Assembly: GCA_951406725.2 (NCBI GenBank)
Contig: OX597826.1
Span: 59,396,001 to 59,460,000, forward strand
From: Octopus vulgaris
Taxonomy: Eukaryota
DNA length: 64,000 nucleotides
Direction: 5' to 3'
This document shows, one piece after another, positions 13,561 to 26,658 of the stretch; position 1 is the first letter of the stretch; the number at the start of each line of letters is the position of its first letter. The notes under the pieces are model-generated. The model was given only the letters and a program-made list of their open reading frames with translations, was not told where the DNA came from and searched no databases. The position numbers were made by a program, and so were the translations under genes.

Positions 13561-14005
13561 CACTCTGAGCACAAGCTAAGATATTTGCTGTGATTATGAA
13601 ACATTGAGATAGTATCCCTTGTTCGAAACACTCTTCTTGTCTCCTGGAAATATGACTTTTCCGTTACGGTATGCCACTTTTGAAGAATTCTAATTATTCA
13701 AGATCGTAAAGCCTTCTCACTTGTATTTGGTTCGTATTACTGTACAAGCTCAGGAACTGGAGGTAACTTTATTACATTAAAAAAGGATTTAGTATATCAT
13801 TTAACACATTCTATCTGCATCTGTTGCTAAACTACATGCTATTGCTTTCTCTGACCTATTTCTTTCAACTAATTATCTTTTTCTGTATGAGAAATATCTT
13901 TCATCATGCATATATACATCCATATATACATATATACTAATATATATACATACATGCATACATACATACATATATATATGCATATATATATGCATATATA
14001 TATGA

Positions 14006-14101
<96 letters not shown>

Positions 14102-14830
14102 ATAAACAATTGCAGTGTGGAAGGTGTTTATAAGCCATTTAAGAAACATACAAAAACCGGTAGATTCACTTCAGCATTTAAATTTAATTTGCCAAAATAT
14201 TTTCGTCGCTTTGAAACCGCGACCTGTTAGCTGACAAAATTCCGTAAGCTTTTGGATCTTTTATCATTAAAGTTTTAAAGACTTAAATGGTTTCCCAGAT
14301 TTCTCTTATTTTCAAAAGTAGAGATAGACAGAAGTGGAACTGGGCCGCAAAAGTTTTGTACGTTTTTTTATGCGTACACTTGCGCGTGTACACACATACA
14401 TATTCTGAAATACATAAACACAAACACACATATATATAGCTCCTGAAGGGGTGGGAAGTCTTTGTATTTTCTAATGCACCACTCAATACGAACACCACAA
14501 TCTAATACTGTAATTTTGATAAAAATGTAAACTTCAAGTACCTTACTGTTGAAAACACTACGCAAGTGTTTCAAAGATGAACGTAAATGCAAAGGAAATT
14601 GTTTTAAATGCGTGAAATATTACACAATATCCATGGTTAAATACATTTGAGTAGCACACGATTAAGAAAGCAATTTGTCGAGACGCGAGTTCTCCAGCGA
14701 TTATTCCTAGTTTAAGCAAGTACTACGTTGATATCTAGCAATCATGCATACTGCGTACTTTTCCATTTTTACACGACTTTACAACACAATACTGTTGGAA
14801 AGAAATGTTACACAAACAACTATAGCGATA

Positions 14831-14917
<87 letters not shown>

Positions 14918-15055
14918 TATATATATATACATACATACATACATATATGCATATATATATATGTATTTATATATATATATATATGTGTATATATACATAC
15001 ATACATATATGCATATATATATACATACATACATATATGCATATATATATATGTA

Positions 15056-15096
<41 letters not shown>

Positions 15097-15756
15097 CTAT
15101 ACTAATATGCATATATTACCTACATATTCACGGAAGCACTAGTACAAACAGATATACATATACGCTCACACACTCAGGCACACACATGCACACACATGCG
15201 TACACATATTGTCATGTCTATGTCTGTGCCGTTTGACTACCAATGAATTGCACAAATATTTTTTGTATATATCTTGTTGTCTGCTGTCGCATTTTTTTGA
15301 TGGTAAATAATGTGAAAAACCAACGAACAATAGCAGTAAGAAAATGCTACAAAATGTACGATTATGATAAAATGATACCGAGGGAAATATTGCTGTAACT
15401 GAGCAGAAATATAACCACATATAACCACATATTTAAACACATAATAGGAAGTACTTACACATATATTCATAAATGACACACAGACACACACGCACACACA
15501 CACAAACACACACATTTGTGTCTCAGTTTATGTGTGTACGTTTGTGAGTGTGTGAGTGTGTGTGCATACACATATGTATACATACTTGAATATATATGCG
15601 TGAGTATCTATGTGTCTATACACCTATGTATACTCGGTGGTGAATATATTATTTTTGAATATATTTCCATGGGGACAGATACTCGCACATGGATATAAAT
15701 TAACACAAACACTAACACATACACAGACACTCACATATGCATATATTATATACATG

Positions 15757-15805
<49 letters not shown>

Positions 15806-16553
15806 GTGTGTGTGTATATATACTTATGCATTGTTTATGTTTCTTTTTTCCATCACCATCTAGAAATCTAGAGAAATCCTCTGCATGAAGAAAGTAAAAT
15901 AAAAATTTTGCAGGAAAAAATATATAAACTGACTGCTAAGTAAGCAAAATGTATGTCAATAATTCAGAGCTGAAAAACCAGCAATATGTGTTTGCGTGTG
16001 TGTGTGGGTTCTTGTTTGTGTGCGTGTGTGTGTGTTCTTGTTTGTGTGTGTGTGTGTTCTTGTTTGTGTGTGTGTGTTCTTGTTTGTGTGTGTGTGTGTC
16101 TGTGTCTGTAGTTTTCTACGCATGTGGGTCAAAGTATTTTACTGTCGTCTTTTACTCCACATTTTAGTGTTAGTGTCGTCTCCGAGTCACTAGACCTGCT
16201 TTGTTTTTGCAAACCAGACGCATCATTGACCCACAAAACTTTGTAAGAAACTGCATTCGTTTGATCTCGTCTTATATCATCTAGATACTCAGTCATTCTG
16301 TTTATACGGCTCACGAGGTCAAATATCTCCTTCACTTATTACGGTCAGCATAACATTCCTCAAATTCTGATGCCTTTATTCCAATATAGACGCAGGTGTG
16401 GCTGTGTGGTAAGTAGCTTGCTTACCAACCACATGGTTTCAGGTTCAGTCCCACTGCGTGGCACCTTGGGAAAGTGTCCTCTACTATAGCCTGGGGCCGA
16501 CCAAAGCATTGTGAGTGTATTTGGTAGATAGAAACTGAAAGAAGCCCGTCGTA

Positions 16554-16583
<30 letters not shown>

Positions 16584-16592
<9 letters not shown>

Positions 16593-17186
16593 TTAATAAG
16601 GGTGAGAGAATTAGATACTAATTTAATAGTATACCTATTCAACACCAAGTGGCCCAGTGCTCCGAGAAACCTGGATTATTATAATATTTTATAACATATT
16701 ATAATATTTCATACAAAAATAAATATAAGAGAGCGGTCACTATGTGGCTCACTCTAGCACTAGTAAATCCAAAAGGTTTCAACCACAAAAATACATGTTT
16801 CCCATGAAAGTCAGTACGATTGTTAGCTCACACGAACAGGGCAAATAAAAAATAACAAAAATGCAGATTATTTTGGGACAATTGTTTCGCTATTAATGAA
16901 TTAAATGTAATTTTACTCACAAAAAACTCACTTGTAGCTCCTCAGCCAAAACTATCTGGATGAAATCCACTCAATCACACGCCAGATTTTACCATAACGA
17001 TAAATACACGTGTGGTTCAATTGATTACATCCGACGTTATAATTCAAATGCTCCTGCCAACAGCGCGCCAAACTATCACGGAAACAAATACTACATTTAG
17101 AAATAAATGTAGCATAATTATAATTAATTAATAAGGGTGAGAGAATTAGATACTAATTTAATAGTATACCTATTCAACACCAAGTG
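16584..17186 (-). mobile_element. Non-coding Penelope-like/retrozyme element with 68-bp terminal direct repeats, inserted in the (TA)n of a SINE
   Basis: 16584-16651 is identical to 17119-17186 (offset 535). (TA)n flanks both sides, the insert splits a family-A SINE, and it contains a hammerhead. Confidence 0.7.
16865..16957 (-). ncRNA. Type-I hammerhead ribozyme, intact core
   Basis: Minus strand: agatagttttgg-CTGAGGA-gcta[long loop]tagc-GAAA-caattg-TC-ccaaaataatct. Stem I ttttgg/ccaaaa is extendable, stem II is gcta/tagc, stem III is palindromic (acaattgt). Confidence 0.8.
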
Positions 17187-17728
17187 ATATATATATATAT
17201 ATATGTTTGTGTGTCTGTGTTTGTCCCCCAACATCGCTTGACAATTGATGCTGGTGTGTTTACGTCCCCGTAACTAGCGGTTCGGCAAAAAGAGATCGAT
17301 AGAATAAGTACTAGGTTTACAAAGAATAAGTCCTGGGGGGGGGGGGCGATTTGCTCGACAAATGGCGGTGCTCCAGCAAGGTCGCTGTCAAATGACTGAA
17401 ACAAGTAAAAGAGTAAAAGGGAGAGAGTATATGCTTCATATTATACTTTTCAGTTTATCGTTGTATCTGAAAGGTCTTCCCACATCTCTCATCCCCGTAT
17501 GAAGTTGGGCACAAGTGAAATTTTTCAGTGGTTTTCATTAATCATCCTAGTAACATCGCCAGCCATCTTAAATTAGACTGACTCAAGAAGGTGTCTATGA
17601 TTTTATATCACATTTATGAAACAACTGTTGTTTAGACAATATATTCGTCTATGTAAAACCGTAGGTATTTCTTAGTAATATTTTCTGGAAAGCATTTAGC
17701 TCTGTGATGTTTTCTATATTGTGTTCAC

Positions 17729-17788
<60 letters not shown>

Positions 17789-17884
17789 CGTACTTACCTA
17801 TCTATCTATCTATCTATCTATCTACCTATCTATCTATCTGCGTGTCTGCATGTGCGTGCGTGCGTTTGCGTGCGTGGTGTGTTT

Positions 17885-18060
17885 GTACGTTTGTGTTGAG
17901 ACTGCATATGCGCGGTAACCTGAGACTTTGGTTTCCAAACTCAGTACTCTCTCATTCCATACACTTGCTCGCGGCTTTCCAAAAGCATCAATATCCTTGG
18001 CGATCCTGTTTACTATTTCATTATCTAAAGCAGCACTAGAATTCATTTTACATATTAAAG
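17885..18060 (-). mobile_element. RTE-like LINE ORF2 fragment
   Basis: LDNEIVNRIAKDIDAFGKPRASVWNERVLSLETKVSGYRA matches the post-RT region of RTE-clade LINEs. Confidence 0.75.
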
Positions 18061-18515
18061 AAAGGAAGGACTTGACATATTTTAGAGGCTTCTTAATTTG
18101 AAGTGATTGACTTCACAGTTCACTTAATTGTACGATAGGTGGTGCTATCCCTTGTCATTGGATAGGTGTTGGTTTTGCCTGGTTTATGATTTCTCTCTTC
18201 TTCACACTTATTGTTTGGTCGAACACATTATTCACAGGAGAACACCGGTTTACGATTTCTGTTGTTTCCTGGATATAATTAACTCCTAGAGCCGAATCAT
18301 TTCCAAACAAAGAAGACCTAAATATGTTTCGTCCTTGCAAGTTTCCTCACCTTAAATCTTTGGTGATTGGAGAAACCACCTGATGTTCTAAAATTCAAAC
18401 AAATTGACATTCTTATAAACATTGAAGCCATGTTCTGGCATAAGCTGAAAGGAAATAGCTTCGCCCACAATAAAATACTATTTTGCCGCTGCTATTGTTT
18501 CTAATACTACTACTG

Positions 18516-18575
<60 letters not shown>

Positions 18576-18686
18576 TAAGCACAAGACCTGAAATTTTATG
18601 GGGAGGGGACGAAGGGATTACATCAATCTCAGTATTTGACCGCTACTTATTCCATCGATACTGGAATGTTGGAGATTCGCGGCAGA

Positions 18687-18905
<219 letters not shown>

Positions 18906-19198
18906 GAGTGAGCGATTAGAGCATGCCATCAAAGTGACACTGGGGTAAAATATACGAAGCCCAGTATACCCATCATGACTACCCGTCTGATTATTATTAT
19001 TATATGCATATAATATATTATCAATGACGATAGCAAAAACAAAACAACAACAACACGGAATTATGTGGAAATGCACGCATATTGCGTAAAGTACTGTCTG
19101 TCTGAGGTCCTTGTTGTAATTTGATAAACAGTACATACCCCCGGTAGACAAAATATCCTCAATCAACAGTCTCACGATATTTTATACTGTGTAACATC

Positions 19199-19251
<53 letters not shown>

Positions 19252-19253
<2 letters not shown>

Positions 19254-19438
19254 CCAGGACTTACAAACACATATAACATACAGAAAATTGCACTACTAGG
19301 CACTGCACACATCCTACGCAGAACACTTTCCATACAATAACCATCAGAGCATCACAACAAATCACAGCACATACCCAGGGCACACAGAGCTGCGCTCGGT
19401 AGTGAAGTGAAAGCACGCTATAAAAATAAAACTACTGA
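19252..19438 (+). mobile_element. Extreme 3' end of an RLE-type LINE inserted in (TAA)n
   Basis: PGLTNTYNIQKIALLGTAHILRRTLSIQ* plus a short 3' UTR; (TAA)n on both sides. Degenerate relative at ~54660-54860. Confidence 0.8.
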
Positions 19439-19539
19439 ATAATAATAATAATAATAATGATGATGATGATGATGATGATAATGATGACGATGACGATGAC
19501 GATGACGACGACGACGACGACGATGACGATGATGATGAA

Positions 19540-19572
<33 letters not shown>

Positions 19573-19587
19573 AATAATGATAATAAC

Positions 19588-19644
<57 letters not shown>

Positions 19645-19646
<2 letters not shown>

Positions 19647-20022
19647 GAGAACTCAGAGCCTGCAAACCTCCGTCAAGGCAACATCAACGTCCTCTCAGCG
19701 ATTAGCCAGATATGATTTTTAAAGATTAAAATATCTGAAAGAAACTCGACTGCTCTCACAAATGAGATCAATGAAAATGGACCCGACTGCTTTCAGAAAT
19801 TAACCCCCCCAAAAAAGAAAAAGAACATGATTCAGAACCCTTGTCTGGTGCCGGATCGATTCCAAATTTTAATCGATTTGTGTCAGTCACAAGGCCAACC
19901 ATCTCTGAACGTTACATTCGAATCTATCGACCGGTTCTTGAGATATCTTGTCCACGGACAAATAAACAAACAAACAAACACCACTGAAGACAATACCTCT
20001 GCCTTCGCTAAAGCGGTGGTAA
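19645..20022 (+). mobile_element. Helentron-associated / DINE-1-like non-autonomous element
   Basis: 5' aagag...cctccgtcaagg, internal (ACAA)n, 3' hairpin acctctgcctt-cgct-aaagcggtggt. Confidence 0.55.
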
Positions 20023-20024
20023 TA

Positions 20025-20240
20025 ATCCTTTCTACTATTGGCACAAGCCTTGAAAGTTTGGGGGAAGGGACCAGTCGAGTAGGTCGACAGCAGTACGCAA
20101 CTAGTACATCATTTATCGAACCTGAAATGATGAAAGGCAAAGTCGATCTCGGTGGAATTTGAATTCAGAAGGTGGCTGCAGACGACATATTACTAAGAAT
20201 TTTGGCCGGCATGCCAGAAGTTCTGCTAGCTCACCGCATT
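20025..20240 (-). mobile_element. SINE family B, diverged
   Basis: gatgaaaggcaaagtcgatctcggtggaatttgaa core. Confidence 0.7.
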
Positions 20241-20287
20241 AATCAATAATGTTGATGATGATGATGATGATGATGATGATAATAGTA

Positions 20288-20333
<46 letters not shown>

Positions 20334-20334
20334 T

Positions 20335-20365
<31 letters not shown>

Positions 20366-20376
20366 TAATAATAATG

Positions 20377-20431
<55 letters not shown>

Positions 20432-21165
20432 TAATAATAATAATAAATACGGAAAAAAATGGAGAAGGAAGACGTCGAAGAGAAAGAAATAGAAGGAAAG
20501 ACGACGAACGATGTAAGTAGGAAAGAGAAATCACTGGATGTAAGAAAACAACAGCAAAGGATGATGTAATGTCCACACACACACACACACACATATATAT
20601 GCATATCTATATGTATATATACATATACATATATACATGTCTATATATACATGTGTGTATATACGTATGTATGTATATATACGCACATATGGGCAGTGTA
20701 CAGATTAGAGACGTACAAAAAAATATAAAGACATGCAAGAGGAGAATAAAAGAAAAAAAAACAGGAAAAATAACATGAACGAAAAACAACTGCTATAACG
20801 AGCACGGCAACAAAAACAGCAACCTTTTCCACCATGACGGCAACAAGGGATATCCGTCTGATCGTGGATCTAGTTTCATTTGAAAGTCATTTATTCAGAA
20901 TCTGATTGAATTTTTGCCAGGAAACTGTTTTTGCTACAAGATGTTGGCCTCTTTTCAATTGGCGACGATGAAAATCGTCTGGAAGACCTAGTGCAGTTCA
21001 GACAATGATGTATACATACATACATACATACATACATACATACATAAATACATACATGCATACACACATACATACATACATACATACATACATACATACA
21101 TAGATACATACATACATACATACATACATACATTATACATACATACATACAGATATATATGCATG

Positions 21166-21224
<59 letters not shown>

Positions 21225-21341
21225 TAGCTACAGTGTCCTTGTTTATGATGTGAACCACAGAAGACTCTCCTTTAACATGCATTTTACTATAACTATAGAT
21301 ATAATATTATCGTTTAATAATATCGAGCTTTACCTCGTTCT

Positions 21342-21405
<64 letters not shown>

Positions 21406-22218
21406 TGTATGCATGTATGTATATTGAGAAAAAGACGGAGGGAGAGACGGAGAGAGAGGGAGAAAAAGAGTGAGAGAGAGAAAGGGAGAGCTAGATACAT
21501 GTATAGATTCGTGGATGAGAATGTGGAAGTTTTCAGTGCTTAGATGAATTCAACTACCTACTTATTATATTACTAAATATGAAGTAACCAAGTGATGCAA
21601 TACAAACACATATACAGTTGATGTATTTCTCAAGAAAAATCCAGTAAAAAAATATTAGATAGTTGCATCAAATATACAGAACATTTCCTTTACAAAACAT
21701 TATTCAAAATGCTTGTTGCGTCCCAAGATTCACTTTTTTTTTTTCATTGATTTCAGTCACTGGGCTGCAGCAATTGTGGGGAACCTCTTTGAATGTTTAG
21801 TCTGTATACTAAGATTTAGACAGACAGACCCAATGTGTATATTTTAAAGTTTGTTACTTATTCTATCGATATGCTTGGCCGAATCGCTAGAGTACGAGAA
21901 ACTAGGAAATTGAACTAACATCGATTGCCAAGAGTTGTTGTGTTATAGGAAAAACACTCTAAGACGAACGCGCATTAAAATTCACTTACAAAGAATTGGT
22001 AGGATCAAGAATATAGCAACAGTAACTTGCCCAAAGTGCCGCACTTTTGAACAAAAGTCAAGAAATTGTGGTTCCAAGGCGAGCCATGCCTTCTATGGTT
22101 CAGACATTTGAATAAGAATCTATGTAATTCGATAGGTTGCAATAGGTTGCAAAACGAAATTCTGAGAACCAAAATGATATTAATGATAACAATACTAGTA
22201 GCATTAACAATACTTTCT

Positions 22219-22637
22219 TATTTCTTTATTACCCACAAGTGGCTAAACACAGAGGGGACAAACAAGGGCAGACAAACGGATTAACTCGATTATATCGACC
22301 CTAGTGCGTAACTGGTACTTATTTAATCGACCCCGAAAGGATGAAAGGCAAAGTCGACCTCGGCGGAATTTGAACTCAGAACGTAGCGGCAGACGAAATA
22401 CCTATTTCTTTATTACCCACAAGGGGCTAAACACAGAGGGGACAAACAAGGGCAGACAAACGGATTAACTCGATTATATCGACCCTAGTGCGTAATTGGT
22501 ACTTATTTAATCGACCCCGAAAGGATGAAAGGCAAAGTCGACCTCGGCGGAATTTGAACTCAGAACGTAGCGGCAGACGAAATACCGCTAATCATTTCGC
22601 CCGGCGTGCTAACGTTTCTACCAGCTCGCCGCCTTTT
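22219..22637 (-). mobile_element. tRNA-derived SINE family B (Meta-domain-like core) with a 184-bp tandem duplication
   Basis: Core gcctttcatcctttcggggtcgattaaataagtacc on the minus strand; 22219-22402 is repeated at 22403-22586. Confidence 0.85.
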
Positions 22638-23349
22638 AACAATGCTTTCTACTATAGGTTGAATTGCGAAGATTTTGGTGGGAGAGGCGAATAGTGGTTT
22701 ACAATGAACCCCGTACTCATCAGGTATTTATTATGTTGATCCCGAAAGAAGAAATGTTAAAATCCATGACTTTTGAACTTAGAACGTAGAGAGTCGGAAG
22801 AAAGAGCACTGAGTATTTAGTTCGACGCTTAATCGAATCCCGGATAACAAGAATGATGATGATAATGATAATGATGATGTTAAAGAGGAGGAGGACGGCT
22901 ACGACGATGATGACGATGATGGGGAGGAGACCATGGCTACGATGATGATGATGATGATGACCATGATGATGGTCGTGATCACGATGACGACGGTGATGAA
23001 GTTGATGGAAATGTTTGGCAAAAGAATTATAGAGAATAGTATACATTATACAGAATACTACCATTTAATGTAATAGTTAAACATCACTAATGCTCCATGA
23101 CTACAAGAGTCATGCTTCATTTAAGAGATCACCATGTGGTGCCGATTTGGCCGGAAGGAGTATAGAGAACCGGATGCCTAAATTTTTGTTTTCAGTGAAT
23201 GCCACAATCCATGCTAATATATTTACAGTTGGGTGCGCTTGGTCTTATACTCCAAATTTCATTTTTGCTTGTGCCATACAGTGTGTGTACATATATATCT
23301 CAATAGGTAGATTAGATAGATAACACATATTTATATATCTATACATATA

Positions 23350-23620
23350 GGCGTAGGAGTGGCTGTGTGGTAAGTAGATTGCTTACGAACCACATGGTTC
23401 TGGGTTCAGACTCACTGCGTGGCACCTTGGGGAAGTGTCTTCTACTGTAGCCTCGGGCCAACCAAAGCCTTGAGAGTGGATTTAGTAGACGGAAACTGAA
23501 AAGAAGCCCGTCGTATATATGACGAACCTCCCAGAGAACTACATCAAGTATATTTGCGTCGGTGGAGTGATCACGTTAATTTCATGAGTATGCTGTTCCG
23601 TTGATCGGATGAACCGAAAG
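23350..23620 (+). mobile_element. SINE family A 5' half joined to a family C 3' segment
   Basis: Family A head to 23515; 23530-23620 matches the reverse complement of 55170-55265. Confidence 0.7.
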
Positions 23621-24879
23621 TAAAGAACATAAAAACAGATGAAATAACGTTAAGCACTTTGCCTTGTGGGCAAACGATTCTGCCAGCTCACCAACTTAAT
23701 GATAATAATCATTATTTCTAATTCACATACAGTGGCAGCTGTTTTGGTGAAACGTTCAGGATTAGTCGACACCTTGCGTGCTACAATATTTTATCGAGAA
23801 TTATAAGAATCTTAAGTTGAAGACACATTTGCCGGGGACAATATCTCGTTTCTGTTAGTCAGATTTATATAAAACACACTCATAATTTTCTTCAGCCATA
23901 AGACAAATTGTAGAAGACAGAAACAAACAACATAGTATTCACTCGCAGAGCGAAAGACTTTAAACATGAGATTTCGATATTAAATAGTAATTTCACTGAC
24001 TATGAATTTGTATTTCCTCTCTTCGCTCTAAGAAGACCTTCAGCAAAATGCATCAATAAATTCAGATTTTCCCTTTGCTTGCAGCTATAAATTATGTATA
24101 TATAAATAATGGAGCTGTAAATTATGAATATTACTGAATATTCAACCGGAATACATTTTCTGCGAGTCCCGAAACGACTTGATAAACGAAAAGCTTTAAG
24201 ATATATAAATTATGTCTGAAATTCGGAGCTAAAGAATTATAATCATGTTCCATATATAAGATGATGGAATGGTTGAATCGTTAGGTCGTTGGGAGAAAAT
24301 TCTAGCTGTATATCTTCTGATCCATTACGTTCAATGTTCAAATTCTTCTGTGATCAACAGTGCCTTCTGTTCCACGCGGAACCGAAAAATAACACACAAT
24401 TCAAGTACTTTGGTCGAAACTGTCAACCAATATCTTCATTCAAAATTGTCGGAGATATGTCTAAATCATAACTTATCGCTAGAGTAGTGTCCACGTATGC
24501 GCTGGTATAGTCAACTATGTTCACAACTCTAATTTCAAATATGTAATATGTTTGTTGTATATTAACAAAATATTATTATACACCAACAAAATTGAGACAA
24601 ACTCGCGTCTTATATATTAAAATAAACTTATTTATTCCTGGGACACAATTGTCATTGTGGTATTTAGGTGTATGTAAAAACCCATGCTTTGTTTCAATTA
24701 GGTGCCTGTATATATATCCAGTCCAATCAAGACCGTCGTCAACGACTATGACATTTCTCCAGGTGGTCTGATCACAGTCTGACTGGTACCACTGGTGATA
24801 CTTGTGGGAATAGATATATCTTCAAGAATCTGCTTGAAGTTATTCAATTTAATTCTGTCTTTGTTTCAATATTTAATTC

Positions 24880-25233
24880 TACCTTTGTTTCGATAGACAT
24901 CTATCAGGTGAGATGACAATATTTTTGGGGGTGTCTGTCTGAGTATCAATAGCTTGTGCATGGAGTGAAAGTTAGACTTTCTGAGAAATTATGTTGCCAT
25001 AATTTGAAGTTCATAATTGGTCACAGAGTTTGCATGACAAAAGCACTGATCCTTTTGATGCGTGTTTTGTAAAGTGTCCATGTTCCTGATCTAGAGAATA
25101 AAGTTGAGGAAAGGAAACATTTTACATTTAACTTTCGTTGAGTTTTTACGCTTTTCCTGCAGTTGGTCAGTATGGCGTCCAAATGCAAATGAAACATTGG
25201 CCATACAGTTTTGGAGCTCATTGTGAGAATCAC
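24880..25233 (-). mobile_element. RTE-like LINE ORF2 fragment, strongly decayed
   Basis: LSSTLFSRSGTWTLYKTRIKRISAFVMQTL*PIMNFKLWQ resembles LLYGSETWTLY...AF...LR.I..I.WQ. Confidence 0.6.
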
Positions 25234-25770
25234 GTTGTTACTCGTACAATGCTAACAAGGAGTGACGCTAATTAGTATTTTTCACTCTATCGCAATTTTG
25301 CCTGCCTCCACCTATACATACATACATACATACATACATACATAAATACATACATACATACATACATACAGAAATATTGATACATATATACATATACACG
25401 TGAGAGTTTGTACGTGTGAGTGAGTCCGTATTTTCCTAATGCATTGGAAAACTAACTTACCAATTTTGACATAAAAGGTATCCAAAGATTCAGTAATCTT
25501 TTGGCTACCAAATAAACTTTATTTTCATTTACATATTTTCTACGTTATCTCAATAACCAACAATAGCTATTTCAAAGACACTGCTCTACAGCGACCAGGT
25601 TTCATTAGAAAGTAAAAATAGTTTCACACTTTTAATTTGAACCAAAATTACAAAGCGTCACATTATGGGAGTGACGATGTGTGAATAATGAAAGTAATGT
25701 TTCTCCGAATTAGTCACATCTGTTCTATAATAAACATAGCTGCTTATCATCTATCTATATATATACTACA

Positions 25771-26092
25771 TTATCCTATAAGTGATGTGTTTTTTTCTAC
25801 TGCATGAACTAAAGGTCAGAGGGGGACGGAATAAACTACGTGCATCAACTTGCTATAAAAGCGGGTAGTAATTTACCTTGTACTTTTTCTTAGTGCAAGT
25901 TTTGAAGAGTGCTGTTTTATTTTAGCATTTATTTTTTCAAGGCTATAATGAAAGTGAAAAAGGAGCATATTTTGCTTAATATGTTCAATAAAGGCAGCAA
26001 CGCCAGGAATAATGCGAGGAATACTAATGCAGTATATAGGGATCGGACGATAAGCGTAAACCAGCCTCAACTGTGGTTCCAGAAATTGCTGG
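25771..26092 (+). mobile_element. Mariner 5' end remnant
   Basis: MKVKKEHILLNMFNKGSNARNNARNTNAVYRDRTISVNQPQLWFQK (Mos1-type HTH); the upstream leader is homologous to 32565-32740. Confidence 0.75.
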
Positions 26093-26137
26093 TATATATA
26101 TACATATACATATACATACATACATACATACATACAT

Positions 26138-26590
26138 GGTGGCTGCCCCCTCGTTATCGAGTATGGCCATTGCGCGAAGCTTAACCAATGTTGTAATCGT
26201 GCAATGCCTGTGCAAGAAGATATTTTTAAAGTGAGGAAAGGCTGTGCACTGAGTCAATCCCACTCACTAAGCAACAGCAGCCATAATCTGAAAAGAAGAA
26301 CAAGTCAACATCATCGGTAACCACTGAGCGCAGGTTTTATGTCGGAGTTATCCCAGTTACCTGAGTTACCTTCTCCTAGAAGGATGACCTAACCAAGGCC
26401 AGGAGTCCTTCACTCCCAATGGCTTAACCGCGCGATCGGGTATTCAGTCCGATTATTTCTATGTCCCCGCGGATGATACAACCTTAAGACATTTATTGGA
26501 TGGCCGTTGACTCTCATGAGTTCCTCCGCCCTTTGATGGGTTTTGTTTTTCATCCCGCAGGGTGTCCAATAAACACCCTCCTCACCAAGT
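26138..26590 (-). mobile_element. Non-autonomous RTE-related element with (TATG)n tail
   Basis: Minus strand contains ggtcatccttctaggagaaggtaactc, like RTE 5' UTRs. Its 3' end is shared with 27813-27860; both abut (CATA)n. Confidence 0.5.
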
Positions 26591-26611
26591 ATATATATGC
26601 TTCTGCGTGAG

Positions 26612-26658
<47 letters not shown>

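Larger units (their letters stand above)
16389..17420 (+). mobile_element. SINE family A, split by the hammerhead element
   Basis: 5' half 16389-16555 (tggctgtgtggtaag A box, ggttcagtccc B box, ccttgggaaag); 3' half 17205-17420. Confidence 0.85.

Noticed and set aside
16005-16100. Regularly spaced repeats resembling a CRISPR array
   Set aside because: (TG)n-derived ~20-bp minisatellite without unique spacers, in eukaryotic DNA.
20864-20880. Partial match to miR-279 (actagatccac) on the minus strand
   Set aside because: The 5' end/seed differs and no precursor hairpin is evident.
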